Of a DNA stretch of 64,000 nt, positions 33,543 to 47,776 are shown one piece after another. The notes under the pieces were generated by a model. That model made no database searches and was not told the origin of the DNA. It saw nothing but the letters and a program-made list of their open reading frames with translations. A program made the position numbers and the translations under genes. Each line of letters starts with the position of its first letter. Positions within the stretch are counted from its first letter, which is position 1. The stretch lies in the NCBI RefSeq assembly GCF_009914755.1, contig NC_060934.1; one strand, 5' to 3'. The stretch comes from the human T2T-CHM13v2.0 reference genome, Homo sapiens.

Positions 33543-33615
<73 letters not shown>
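33537..33615. repeat. (TA)n microsatellite, ~38 units
   Basis: Directly visible. Confidence 0.95.
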
Positions 33616-33617
<2 letters not shown>

Positions 33618-36600
33618 CATCCAATGATGGACACCTAGGTTGCATCTATATTGTAGCTATTGTGAATAATGCTGCAGTGAACACAGGAGTACGACTATCT
33701 CTTTGGCATACTTATTTCATTTCCTTTGGCTATATACCCAGAACAGGAGTTACTGGACGATATGGTAATTGTAATTTTACTTTTCAGATGACACTCCAAA
33801 CTCTTTTCATAATGACTATTATTTTAAATTTTCACCAACAGTACACATGGTTCCTTTTTCTGCTCATCCCTGCCAGCATTTGTTAAATTTCATCATTTTG
33901 ATAATAGCCACTTAAACACGTGTGAGGTGATAACTCATTGTCATTTTAATTTACATTTTCCTAATGATTAGTGATAGTGAACAGTTTTTCATATACCTAT
34001 TGGCCATTTGTATGTCTGCTTTTAAAAAAAATTTATTTAGGTCCTTTGTCCATTTTAAAATTGTGTTCTTTCTTTTCTTGCTATTGAGTTGCTTGAATTT
34101 CTTATGTATTTTGAATATTAGCCTCTTACCAGATGTATGGGTTGTGAATATTTTCTCCCGGTATGTGGATTGTCTCTTTACTCTATTGATTATTTCCTTT
34201 ATTGTGCTTAAGATTTTTAGTTTGATGCAGTCTCATTTGTTTATTTTTGCTTTTGTTTTGCATGTGCTTTTGGGAAAACCAAGAAATTTTTGCCCAGATC
34301 AATGTCATGTAGCATTTCCCTTGTTTTCTTCTACAGTTTTGGGACTTACCTTTAAGTCTTTAGTGCATTTTGAGTTGAGTTTTGTGTATTGAATAAGGGT
34401 CTAATCTCATTATTTTGCATGTGAATATCTAGTTTTCCCTGCATAATTTATTCAAGAGACTATCTTTTCTCCATTGTGTGTTCTTGACACTTTTGTCAAA
34501 AATCAGTAGATTGTCAGTGCTTGAGTTTATTGCTGGGCTCTATATTCTGTTCCTTTGGTTGATGTTTCTTTTTCTTTATGTTGGCACTATGCTGTTTTGT
34601 TTAATATAGGTTTGTAGTATATTTTGAGATCAAATAGTTTGATGCCTTCAGTTTTATTCTTGCTCATTAATTTCCATATGAATTTTAAAATTGCTTTTTC
34701 TCTTTCAGTGAAAAATGCCATTGGCATTTTGTCAGAAATTGCATTGACTTAGTATATTACTTTTGGTAGCATGGGCATTTTAACAATACTAATTATCCCA
34801 ATCCATGAACATGGGCTACCTTTCCATTTATATAAGTCACTCGCTATTTCTTTCCTTAATGTTTTGTGGTTTTCAGTATTTAGAGCTTTTAAGTCCTTGG
34901 TTAAATTTACTTCCAAGTATTTTTTATGCTATCATGAATGGGATTGATGTCTTAATTTCTTTTTCAGTTAGTTCATTGTTAGTGTGAAGGGATGTTATTG
35001 ATTTTTGTATGTTGATTTTGTATTCTTCAACTTTACTGAACTTCTGTATCAGTTCTAACATATTTTTGGGGGAATCTTTAGGGTTTTCTGTAGACAAGAT
35101 CATGTCATCAGCAAACAGAAACAATTTAACTTTTTAATTAACTTTTTAATTTCCTATTTGGATGCCCTTTATTTCTTCTTCCTTTCTGTCTGTTTGCTGT
35201 GGCTAGAACTTTTAGTACTACATTGAACAGAAGTGGTAAAGGTGGACATCCTTGTCTTCTTTTTGATTATAGAAAAAAGCTAAACTTTTTACCTTTCAGT
35301 ATGATGTTAGCTGTGGGTATATCATAGGTTGATGCAGAAGTAATTGTGGAATATATGGCCTTTATTGTGTTGAGGCCTGGAGCCTGACAATGCAGGGACT
35401 AGTCTGGTAGTGGGATGGGTCTGGATTCTGATACTGCAGTGGCCAGCATGGAGCTTGGGACTGTGGGGTCATGCTTGACCTTGGGTTCAGTGAGGCAGAT
35501 CTGGTGTTGCAGTCCAATGAAAAGTTGAGTGCTTATTTCATTCTTCCTTGACTTAGGGGTATCTTGCTCAGTGTTGTGCTGCTTGGGCTTGTGGGAGGGG
35601 TAATATGGATAATATTAAACTGGCTTTTCTACCCTATTCAATGCATTTTTTTTTTCTTTCGGACTGCAGTAAGGTGGTATAATCTCTTGTCTGGATTCCT
35701 TAGCTGTTGGGAAGGTATTTTGATGCATGGATAGTTTTTCAAATGAATGTTTCTATGAGAGATGAACACTAGAAAGTCTTATTCCACTATCTTCCTAACA
35801 TCACTCCTCTAGAGTTTTTTTTTTAATCCAGATATATGGGGGTTTTAGTAGAGTTTTATTTGTTTATTATTCATTTTTGACTTAATTGTATTGTCATCAG
35901 GACTCATTGTATGATACTATTTTTAGGAATTTGTTGCAGTTATCTTCATTTGCTAATGGCAAGTTAAATATTATAAATGATTTATATATGCTGGTTTTTA
36001 AAAACAGGAATTGATAAACATAAAATTTAGGGTAGTGGTTACTTCTGGTGGGAAGAGGCAGTAAGAAAGGTTAAGGGAGCAACACACAGATCGATACAAG
36101 TAGTAGCATTAGAAATCTAGTCCTTAAATTAGATAGTTTAATTATCCCATTATATAAATTACTAACAGTTTTATAAGCAGAAAATGTACATGCTATTTAA
36201 AATCACCACCATAATCTTTTGTCTTCACAAAATAATAAGCAGTACTTTTTTTTAGATTTTTTCTTATATAGATGTAATTTATATCATTCCCAAGCAAGAC
36301 ATAGAGTATAATCAAAATACAGTAGTTTTCTCTGTCACTGACCCTTTAAAATATATTCAGTGCAATACATTTTTCCCTTGATCTTGTATGAAATCTCAGA
36401 CTCACTCTTAGTTAATATAAGGAACTCCTGAGAATTTAATTTGCAAACACGTGTGTAAGTAAATAATTAAACTTGTCTAGATCAGATAAAAGTAAGAACT
36501 CTGAACATATTTTGAAGCCAAATTTTCTCTTCTCCTCTATTCCATATGTTCTTTCATTCTTAACCTAGTATTTTCCTCCTTTCCTGGCTCAATAATTTTT

Positions 36601-38149
36601 TTGATCTTTCTAGGGGAGAGGAGAAAATTATAGTCTTATGTGTGAAGAATAGTTGTCATATTTAGTTAAGGTCCTCTGTGTGAGAGATGCACAATGGCTG
36701 ATCCATTCTCACATAAATGTCTTTGGGGGCTCTTCTGAGTCTTGACCTTTCTAGATGCAATTCTCGTGATCTGTGGGAGACACATACTTTCTTCCTGTTC
36801 TGGCAACTTTTACTTCAGTTTTCAGTTGAAGTCCTCCAGCGCTTCCAGGCAATCCTGTTGGTCAGAATATTAAGTAGATGCTGGCTAGCTGGAAGAAACA
36901 TACTTTCTTTTTCTTGACTTCAGTGTTAGTACAAATACTTCCTAAAAGTAACTGTTTCTATTTGTCCTTCCACCTCAGTTAAATAGCCATAGCTGGTCAC
37001 ACCTAATTCAGAATTTCCTCTAATATGCCACCTAGATTTTAAGGGGACCCACAGCAGACTCTTCAAAAACTTCTGTGAAGTCCCACTCATTAGGCTTGTG
37101 TAAGAGGACAGACAACCACTCCCTTGGCAGGCAGAAGACTGGATTACTAACACTGAAATGGGCTTTTCTGATAATCCCCATCCAATCTTTCCCCCTTTCA
37201 CTCTTTTTGCCCCTTTTATTGACTCTATCTGGTTCAAAGATTACTGGTTTTGAACTTTTGTTTTAGTCTCTTCTTTTGAAAATGTTCATATTGGTCTTAT
37301 ATTTCACTTAGGTATACAGTATCTATTTTCTTTCAGAGACTCAATTGAACTAGCAATATGATTATCTGGTTACATTTGTTTGCATTTATTAATTCATTAA
37401 CATATATGTTAGAGTTACTATTGATACTGGAAGAAAAATAATGAAAAAGTTGAACATTGGGAAATTTTGACTCATTCACTTAATTTTATATGGCTCTACA
37501 ATTCAGGAAAAGACCATATCATTTCATTTTTGTCAATAGAATGGTTTAGCTAACTGGTAGTGTACAAGAACAGCAGTAGTTCTCATTAGGTGTTTTTGAA
37601 AGAGTTAGTGACACCATCAGCCTTGTCTGTTTAGAATGTGTTATTGGATTGGAGAATTAATTGTAACCTGGATATACTGAAGGCAAAGATATCTGCTATG
37701 TGATTATATTGTTGTCAGTAAGAGAAAGTGGATGACAATACTTTGTGGTGGCTGTTAGAATGAAAAGGAGGGGTCAGATACAAGAAAGATTATACATGTA
37801 GAAATTAAAATCTACCAATTGACTGGATGTTGGACATAATTAAGTGTGAGGTTTATGTCCTAAATAATTGAACAGTGCTCTTTAAGAAAGGATTGCAAAG
37901 TAAGAAAAGGAGACAAGTTTATATGAACCAAATTAATCATGCAACTTTTACAAAATGGAAAGTTTCGTCTAGTACTCTAAAAGGATGATCTAAAAAGATC
38001 TAAAAGGATACTCTAAAAGGATGAGGATGATCTCAGAAACTTAAAAGGGTGAATTTAGAGGAAATAAATAGATGTTCTTTTTTAAAACACAATCTGCAGC
38101 TATGTTTTTATTATTCTTAGCAGTAGTAATAACAGTGGAAGTAATATCT

Positions 38150-38365
38150 GCCAATTATTAAGTGCTCAATATGTGTTATGTGTCTTAAATTACATTACCT
38201 CATTTAATTTTCACATCAATCCTGGAAGCTAAGTGCTGTTATTCTTCTTTTGCAAATGAAGAAATTAAGCATAAACAGGTTAAGTAAATTGTCCAAGGTC
38301 ATATAGTGATTTTAGATGTAAATTTTGAACCCAAGCTGTTTGAGTACAAAGCTCTGGCACTAACG
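38150..38365. mobile_element. MIR relic
   Basis: tttgcaaatgaagaaattaagc...ggttaagtaaattgtccaaggtcatatag core. Confidence 0.65.
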
Positions 38366-38681
38366 CTTTGAAACTCACTTTATTAAAGAAATATACCAAA
38401 GTAAAAATGGAGAGAAGCCCAAAGAAGAATTAGATAACAGTTATATCCACAGTAGACTTCAGGATATCCCCCAAAGACTTTAAGGAATTTCACAAAATTT
38501 TCAGAAAAGTGAATTTACTTCCCTTTAATTAAAAATAATTTATACTATCTGGTAACCTTAGTTTTTGGATGGCAAGAGGAAGTTACAGGACATAAAAATA
38601 AGGTAATAATAATACTTGAAATGTGAAATGTGCATGTTTGTGATGTAGAATATTCAATATCATTTTGGTTTTGACTTACAG

Positions 38682-38775
38682 CTTGTACATGCAGTGGCCA
38701 TGCAAATATCTGTCATCTGCACACAGGAAAATGTTTCTGCACAACTAAAGGAATAAAAGGTGACCAATGCCAATT
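38682..38775 (+). CDS. ATRNL1: ATRNL1 internal coding exon (94 nt, laminin-type EGF module, phase 1 start / phase 2 end)
   Basis: Acceptor ttttggttttgacttacAG (AG 38680-38681) and donor TT|GTAAGT (GT 38776). Reads (G)CT TGT ACA TGC AGT GGC CAT... = A-CTCSGHANICHLHTGKCFCTTKGIKGDQCQ-L. I recognise this as ATRNL1; paralog ATRN reads CKCNGHASLCNTNTGKCFCTTKGVKGDECQL. Too short for the ORF track. Confidence 0.95.
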
Positions 38776-38889
38776 GTAAGTAAGAATGACTTTTTAGAAC
38801 TTTCGTGGATTGAATTTGTGTTGTTGAAGTAATTTTTATGTTTTACTTTTTAATTTAGTGTTGTGCTAGTTAGGCATACCTTTATTACA

Positions 38890-39375
38890 ATTTTTAACTT
38901 TTATTTTAGATTTGAGGGTACATGTGCAGGTTTTTAACATGGGTGTATTGCATGATGCTGAGGTTTGGGATATGATTGATCCCATTATCCAGATACTGTG
39001 CATAGTACCCAATAGATAATTTTAAAGTACTTTTTCCCCTTCCTGCCTCTCTCTCTCTAGCAGTTCCCAGTGTCTGTTGTTCCCATCTTTGTGTCCCTGT
39101 GTACCAATATTTAGCTCCCATTTATAAGCAAAAACGTGGCATTTGGATTTCTGTTCCTATGTTAATTTGCTTAGGATAATGTATCCATGTGGCAGAGGAT
39201 ATGATTTCATTTTTTATGGCTGTGTAGTATTCCATGGTGTATGTGGACCACATTTTCTTTATCCAGTCCAGTGTTGATGGGCATTTAGGTTGATTCCATG
39301 TCCTTGCTATTCTGAATACTGCTGCAGTGAACATATAGGTGCATGTGTCTTTTTGGTAGAATGATTTATTTTTCT
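38890..39375 (-). mobile_element. 5'-truncated older L1PA 3' end, ~115 bp downstream of the exon
   Basis: ORF 39122-39550 contains KDTCTYMFTAAVF...WNQPKCPS. Confidence 0.8.
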
Positions 39376-40378
39376 TTGAGAATTTACTTGCACCTAATGA
39401 ATTCTCTTTAAAAATTAAACCTTTTAAAGAACAATTTTGTAGAGGCTTTAAAACAACCCCATAGAACATGTTATCTTTTGCATTTCTAGAAAAAGATGCA
39501 TTCTTAATCTTATGTATCAAATCTACATTATCTTTACACTTTTCTTTCATATTATACCTAATATAATGTCTCTATGCCGTTCTTTTTTCAGTCATTTATT
39601 ATTAATTCTGATAATTAATTCCAATTCTTGTCGTTTAACCCTTTCAGCTGGTTCCTTATATTCATCTTCTTCTCTTTTCTCTGTTCTTTCAGTATGCAGG
39701 AACCCTCTACTGCTACTCTCCTCTCTGTACTTTCATGAATGATTTTTGTCTTAGCATTTAGTTTTTATTCTAAAATTTTATTTTCCTTCAAAAATTAACT
39801 TTAAAAGGCAGCATTTTAGGCTATTTAAATTGTTTTTTATTCTTTTTCTTGTTTATCTATATTATTAAAATCAAATTTTTATGGTTTTGAATTATATATG
39901 TACAAATACATGTTTATATTAGGTATATATGTACTGTATTTGACACAAATAATAAATTCCAATCATAATAATTACAGAAACATAGGGAAAGTTTAATAAA
40001 GAATTCTTCAAAACTATAAATATATAAAAATTTATACCTAAAGTCTATTAAGCATGGAAAATGATCCTTTTATTTTTATTTAAAATAAATATATTACTTG
40101 TTGCAGAGTTATCCTAAATGTTTCAAGTTAGGTGATTATGTCTTTGCTTAGCCACCTAAGTATTACAGATTTTCAAATTCAGACAAGGTAAGCACAATCA
40201 GTTTTTATTCCTTCTCTATAGTCTGAAGTTAAATACAAGTTCACAGCAAAAGATCTTGGGGGAATTCCTATTAAGGAAGGCCATTTTGGTCTTAAAACCA
40301 ACGGAATTAAATCATTGTCTTCTGTTCTAAGATCAAGGATGCCTCTAATACTTTGCAACACTAAAGCTTGATTATAAG

Positions 40379-40570
40379 TAAGGCCAACTTCATGGGCATG
40401 TGGCCTGTGAATTTATACAGGTTCCCACACTTACAAGGGCAGCACACTTGGTTTAGTGCTCTGCTATCATCATCTTGAAATTCTTAATAACTTTTAAATA
40501 AGAACTCTACATTCTTCTTTTGCACAATGTTCTCCTATTCCCTGCAATTATGTATAATAGCATGTTCTGG
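40379..40570. mobile_element. MER91-like hAT-Tip100 element
   Basis: aggccaacttcatgggc...cttggtttagtgctctgct...cttgaaattcttaataa. Confidence 0.65.
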
Positions 40571-41774
40571 TTATAAGTAATGTTTCTCTTGATTAACTTC
40601 TATTAAATATGTTGGTTGGATAGCAGTGTGCAGCAATGAAAATATTTTCTGTAGACCATAGTGGCAGTATTACAGATAAAAATAATATATGAGATTCTAC
40701 CATGATAGTAAACACTGTCAATCTTCTTAGTATAGTTTTACTTAAATAGTATAGCCATATAACTATCCATAATAAATAGTTCTTTGATACAGTATTGCAG
40801 TAACATATTTTTGTTTACAGACAAAAGAAAGCAGAATTTTAATTCATTGAAATAGTGAGCTTGTAAGCTTAGCTAAAATAGAGTTATAAGATTTGGCATA
40901 TGTGCAAAATATTAGAAAATCAATCATATAGTTCTTAATGATAAAAGTACATTTTCCCCGTTCTCATTTATGGCTTTTTATGAAGAGGATAATAATGGAA
41001 TACTAATTTGTAAAGAGTATTTTGTAGGTGGTATTTGTACACAGAATTCCATTCATTTACTTTTTTGTTTATTTAGCTTTTGAGTATGGAGCAATAAAGA
41101 ATAGGCTCATTATTTTTAGAGCAATTAATTTCTATAATGTGCTTATACCTGAAAAAAATGGTTTGTTAGGAAGGAGAGCTACTCCTTCAAATCAGTAAAC
41201 AATTATTAAGTGAGTACTTGATACTACTAATGAAGATGAATAACATATGGTTTTTGTTGAAAGTATCTCAGACTAGCAGTGAAGACACTGACCAAAATAC
41301 AGTATACCAATTTCTTACATTAGTGATTTAATATGCTTATGAACCCCTTCCACTTCTTAGGATAATTTCTGTTTGGTTTTAAGTATTTAGTCAGATATCA
41401 TATCTTATATATTCTTAATAACCATCCTAAACTGAAATCGGTTCTCTTCATATCTGTTAATTTCTTTTCTTGCATTATTTGTGTACTTGTCTGTATCCTT
41501 TACTAGAGTGAACTTTTGGGGGGACCATTGCAACAATACCACAATGTAAGTGTTCAATAAATTTGTTTAATAGAATGGAATGAAGAAAGTATTGATGGAG
41601 CACTGAAAAGGGAAGTATTAATTTATTTTGGTTGGATAAGAAAAATTTAAGCAGAGGATGTTTGAACTAGAACCTGAAGGAGTAATAAAATCAACTTTCT
41701 GGGAAAAGAAAATAGGAAACAAGGGGAAACGCATCAATAAAAGCAAAGAAGTAGAAATGAACATGATCATAGCA

Positions 41775-42245
41775 TTTCCGGTCTTTGCTCAAGAATGTTG
41801 AGAGCTGGAAAAATATTGCTTCTACCCTTACAATGAAAGGGGAAAAAGCTGGATAAACTGTAAATTCATGAGTTTTCTTGAAACCATTGGAGAACTGAGA
41901 AAACAGGGTAATCAAATGGCCACAAATCTAAAGAGAGACAAGAGACTGCAGAGAGATGAGACATGAACATTGGCTTACCTGGAGCAAAATCATCTGGAAA
42001 CTGATAAGAAGAGATCAGCTAGGGTAGTTGATATTTGGCGGGGATTAGGTATACACTGTCAATAGTGTGAAGCTCCTGGGAGCCACAGAAATTGGTAGAG
42101 TATGGAGAGCATACTCTTTGTAGAGTTTTCAAGCCACCTACTGTGGCTGCCATTCCCTTCCACCAGTTGCTCAGGTAAAAAAAATGAACATTTTAAGAGA
42201 GCATTCCTTGTATTGTACCTTGTGGAAGGGATTGGCAGCCGCAGT
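41775..42245 (+). mobile_element. Probable ancient L1M 5' end fragment
   Basis: aaaagctggataaactgtaaattcatg...ggagaactgag resembles L1MD/L1ME 5' ends. Confidence 0.4.
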
Positions 42246-42389
42246 GGGCAGGGCATCAGTAGTACAGTCAAAATATTCATTTAGATGAGCACCAAATGAT
42301 TCATTTTGCTGTAGTAATGACAGTTTTCAGTCTTTTTTTGGCCCAAAACACAGCTGATCGTCAAAAATTGTAACTTAAAAATGAATTTC

Positions 42390-44970
42390 CATTTGTGTCA
42401 TCTCTGATTTTTTTGTGCAGTGGTTTTTAGTTTTCCTTGTAGAGATCTTTCTCTTGCCTGGGTGTTTTCCTAGGCACACATAATTGTGTGGCAGTTATGA
42501 ATGGAAGTTCTTTCCTGATTTGGCTCTCAGCTTGACTGTTATTAGTGTATAGGAATGCTATTGATTTTTGCACATTGTATCCTGATACTTTGCTGAAGTT
42601 GTTTATCAGCTGAAGAAGCTTTTGGACCGAGACTATGGGGTTTTCTAGATGTAGGATCATGTTGTCTGCAAGCAGGGATAGTTTGACTTCCCTTCTTTTT
42701 ATTTAGATGCCTTTGTTTATTTCTTTTGCCTGACTGCCCTGGTGAGAACTTCAGATACTATGTTGAATGGAAGTGGTGAGAGAGGGCGTCCTTGTCTTGT
42801 GCTGGTTTTCAAGGGGAATGCTTCCAGCTTTTGTGCATTCAGTATGATGTTGGCTGTGGGTTTGTTATAGATGGCTCTTAATATTTTGAAGTATGTTCCT
42901 TCAGTACCTAATTTGCTGAGAGTTTTTAACATGAGTGGATGTTGAATTTTATAGAAACCCCTTTCTGCATCTATTGAGATAATCATGTGCTTTTTGTGTT
43001 TAGTTCTGTTTATATTATGAATCACATTTGCTGATTTGCTTATGTTGAACCAACCTTGCATCCCAGGGATAAAGCCTACTTGATCATGGTGGATAAGCTT
43101 TTTGATATGCTGCTGAATTGTTTGCCAGTGTTTTGTTGAGGATTTTTGCATCAATGTTCATCCAGGATATCCACCTGTAATTTTCTTTTTTTGTTGTGTC
43201 TCTGCCAGGTTTTAGTATCAAGATGAGGCTGGCCTCATAGATTGAGTTAGGGAGGAGTCCCTTTTCCTCAATTTTTTATTGAGGAGAGTATATCTGGTAG
43301 AATTCATCTGTGAACTCATCATGTCCTGGGTTTCTTTGGTTGGTAGGCTATTACTGCCTCAATTTCAGAGCTGATTATTGGTCTGTTCAGGAATTCTGTT
43401 TCATCCTGGTTCAGTCTTGGGAGGGTTTATGCGTCCAGAAATTTATCCTTTTTTTATTTTCTAGTTTATGTGCATGGAGGTTTTCATAATGTTCTCTCAT
43501 GGTTGTTCGTATTTCTGTGGGGTCAGTGGTAATACCCTTCTTGTTGTTTCTGATTGCGTTTATTTGAATCTTCTCTTTTTCCTTTGTTAGTCTAGCTAGT
43601 GGTCTAGCAATTTTATTATTTTCTTCAAAAACCAGCTCCTGGATGCATTGATCTTTTTATCTTTTTTGTGTGTGTGTGTCTTTATCTCCTTCATTTCATC
43701 TATGATTTTGTTTATTTCTTGTCTTCTGCTAGCTCTGGGATTTGTTTGCTCTTGGTTCTGTAGTTCTTTTAGTTATGGTGTTAGGTTGTTAACTTGAGAG
43801 CTTTCTAACTTTTTGATGTGGACATTTAGTGCTATAAATTTCTCTCTTAAGACTTCCTGGAAGACAACCTAGGCAATGCCGTTTAGGACATAGGCATGGA
43901 CAAATATTTCATGATGAAGGCACCGAAAGCAATTGTAACAAAAGCAAAAATTGGCAAATGGGATCTAATTAAAGAGCTTCTGCACAGCAAAATAAAGCAT
44001 TAACAGAGTAAACAGCCTACAGAATTGGAGAAGATTTTTGCAAACTATACATCTGACAAAAGTCTAATTTCTATCATCTATAAGGAATTTAAACAAATTT
44101 ACAAGAAAAAACCAACCCCATAAAAAGTGGGCAAAGGACACGAACAGACACTTTTCAAAAGAAGACATATATGTGGCCAAAACTCATATGAAAAAAGTTC
44201 TACATCACTGATCATTAGAGAGAATTAAAACTGGACCTCTTCCTTACACTGTTAATGCAAAAATTAACTCAAGTTGGATTAAAGACTTAAATGTAAAACT
44301 ATATAATTTGATTGTGCTGTGGTCCAAGAGACTGTAATGATTTCAGTTCTTTTGCATTTCTTGAAAAGTGTTTTAATTCTAATTATGTGATTGATTTTAG
44401 AGTATATGCCATGCAGTGATGAGATGAATGTATATTGTGTTCTTTTTGAGTGGAGAGTTCTGCCTGTATCTATGAGATCCATTTGATCCAGTGCTGAATT
44501 CAGGTCCTGAATATCTTTGTTAATTTTCTGTCTCAGTGATCTGTCTAATATTGTCAGTGGTGTGTTAATGTCTCCCACTATGATTGTATAGGAGCTTAAG
44601 TCTCTTTGAAGATCTCTGAGAACTTGCTTTATGAATCTGGATTCTCCTGTATAGGTGCATATATATTTAAGATAGTTAGATTTTCTTACTGAATTGAACC
44701 CTTTACCATTATGTAATGCTGTTCTTTGCCTTTTTGATTTTTGTGAATTTAAAGTCTGTTTTGTCAGAAACTAGGATTACAACTCCTGCTTTTTTCTCTT
44801 TTTCATTTGGTAGGTAGATTTTTCTCCATTCCTTAGTTTTGAGGCTATATGTGTCATTGCATGTGAAATGGGTTTCTTGAAGACAGCATACCAATGGGTC
44901 TTGGATCTTTATTCGGTTTGCCTCTCTATGTCTTTTAATTGGGGGCATTTAACCCATTTACATTTAAGGT
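42390..44970 (-). mobile_element. Older L1PA ORF2 fragment containing an inverted, permuted L1 insert (43855-44303)
   Basis: ORF-track ORF2 remnants at 42427-43154 and 44279-44948, with plus-strand ORF2 sequence between them. Confidence 0.85.
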
Positions 44971-47452
44971 TACCATAAAATATTTAATTTCCAACAGAAT
45001 TTAACAAAGACATTGTTATGTCTTATATGCAGTAAGTGTACTAACTAAATGTATTTTGGTTGGAAAAAGATAAACATTGATTTATTAGGTTAATGGTTCT
45101 TGGTGGAGATGGAATAGCACCCCCTAGAACTTCATAGGTTTTCATAATTAATTATTCTAATAATTGGGGAGTGCTACTGGCATAAGAGGATGAATAGTCA
45201 CAGCCTCTTATTAGAATGGGCACTTACAGAGACCAGGAAATAAATAAAATCTAAGTCCAAATATGTTTCATTGAGTACAGTAGATCTGCAAACTCACTCT
45301 GTATTCATTTTCCCTGTTCCTTAGTTCATAATTAAAATGGATGTATGTAGCAGCCAGCAGATGTCTCATATTGGCTTCCTGACCTGTGGAGAAAGAGCCA
45401 GTAAGGTAGAGAAGGGCCAAGAGAAAGAAACCCTTGAAACTAATTCCATTCATTCTGGACCCAGTCAAGATGGCAAATCAGAGATCTCATGTCAAGACAA
45501 ATAGCAGGCTGCTGAAATGGAGAAAATGAGGGATTATGATATTCTCAAATATGAGCTGGATCCTATTTATAAGTGTAGTGCCAAAATAATTCCCTAGCTT
45601 AAAATGTGGACAGAATTGTGATAAAATCTAACAGAAAATATATTTTCTTTCTTGAAATCCTACCACATGTCAATGTATACATTCTGTTTCTGGTATGTAA
45701 AAAGACTGTAGAGACTATATCATGTCTTAGGAAACGGGACATATTTGAAAAGGAAATAGTAATATAAGAGCCAGTCAAGTCATGTTGTAGACCTCTGGAA
45801 CATTATCAGAGTCCCCTGTTTAAAAACAATTGCAATCTCCCCCACAGTAATTTTACCATGTAGTTTCTACCGCATACATTTTATATTATAGCACTATGAA
45901 ATTTTAACAAATGCATAGGACAGGAATAATATGATAATTTTAGTTCCTATATTATGAAATTCAGTAGTACTCATAATTTGGCACCAATTTAATATGTTTT
46001 TGTTTTTATCTCTTAAGAGGTATCTCAAATATTCTCCAGACACATTGTATACTCACAGATGTGTGTGAGCAGGATAGCTATTGGTGATGAGATTTTCTTA
46101 AATGAATATCTCTTGGTCAAATTCTGAATAATATTATAAAAGGTATATTTTCAATTTACATGATAGTTGCAGTTGTAGAAAATTCAATATGTGTTATAAA
46201 TATGCAAAACTACTTTGTGTTTATATGTAAAATGGAGTTAGATTCCAGGCTGAAATATTTATGAGCACATTTTTCACCTACTTAAACATCTGCCATGTTA
46301 TTCTAAAATTATATGGGATTTTGATCCCTTTTTTATTTTGTGGAATTACTTTGTATTTTTGTAGGATGTCTGCACCCCTGGTTTCTCTTTCATTCCATTC
46401 AGTAAATTCCAGTGGAACTCCATAATTATGGAAATAATGAATTGTTACTCACAAATTTATCCCCACTCACAACCATGTGCCTTAAAAATTAGTGTTTTCC
46501 CTTATCTAGCCAAAAAAAGTTTATTGTTTCACTGTTTAATATAAGAGCTCAGATCATTTTATTGATTTCTGGTGAAAAGTACATATAAATGGCACTCTTA
46601 GATATTTTGTTGGTAGATTAGTCAAAATTGATGAGTTGATTCAAAATTGTTTTACTTTCTGTTCACAGTAAATTGAAGATAAACTTCTCAAAGGCATTTG
46701 GAATTAAAAATACCATTTCCTAAGATATATGGCAATATTACTAATCAGGATCTTAATTGTGCTAATTAACTTATAACTGGCTCCCCTTTTCTGTTCCTTA
46801 TACCTTTCCCATTTACTGATCTTACAACTTCTTCATAGCTACTTACTTCAGGCTTAAGACCCTGGTTCTCAGAATTAGGGCACAGAAGAATCTCCTGGGA
46901 TATGGTGACTAAACTCCTGGGATGGGAGCCAAAATTCTACTTTACTAATAGTAAATTGTGAAATAAAAATTCTTGATACATTTTGAGAAATGTTGCCATA
47001 GGAGGATCTTCCTGAACATTTTTTTTCCTCCTTGGCTTACCTTTAGGCCAGTAATATCTAAGATTATTACCCATTTTTCTCTATCTTGTTTTATCAAGTC
47101 TCTTTTGTTTGTTTGTTTTGTGAAATTGCCTTAATGATGATGCCAATGAATTCCTTTCCGTTTTAGGAAGATCAAAGTTGTGCCTTCTTTTCTAGAACAG
47201 ATTCTGGCACATACTAGGGACTTTAGATTTTAAAAAATAATGTATCTTGGATCTTTATTTTTCCTAATTACTCTCATCTTTTTTTTTTTTTTTTTTTTTT
47301 AGTCTGCTATATGGGGAAAAGTACATCTTTTCTCTATGTGACTTAATCTACATTGTTATAATAGAGACTACAGAGGAAGAATAATTTTCTGTACAGCCTG
47401 CCTGCACATAGGTTATCACCTTTATAAACACAATTGGATAAGTAACTAGTGA

Positions 47453-47776
<324 letters not shown>

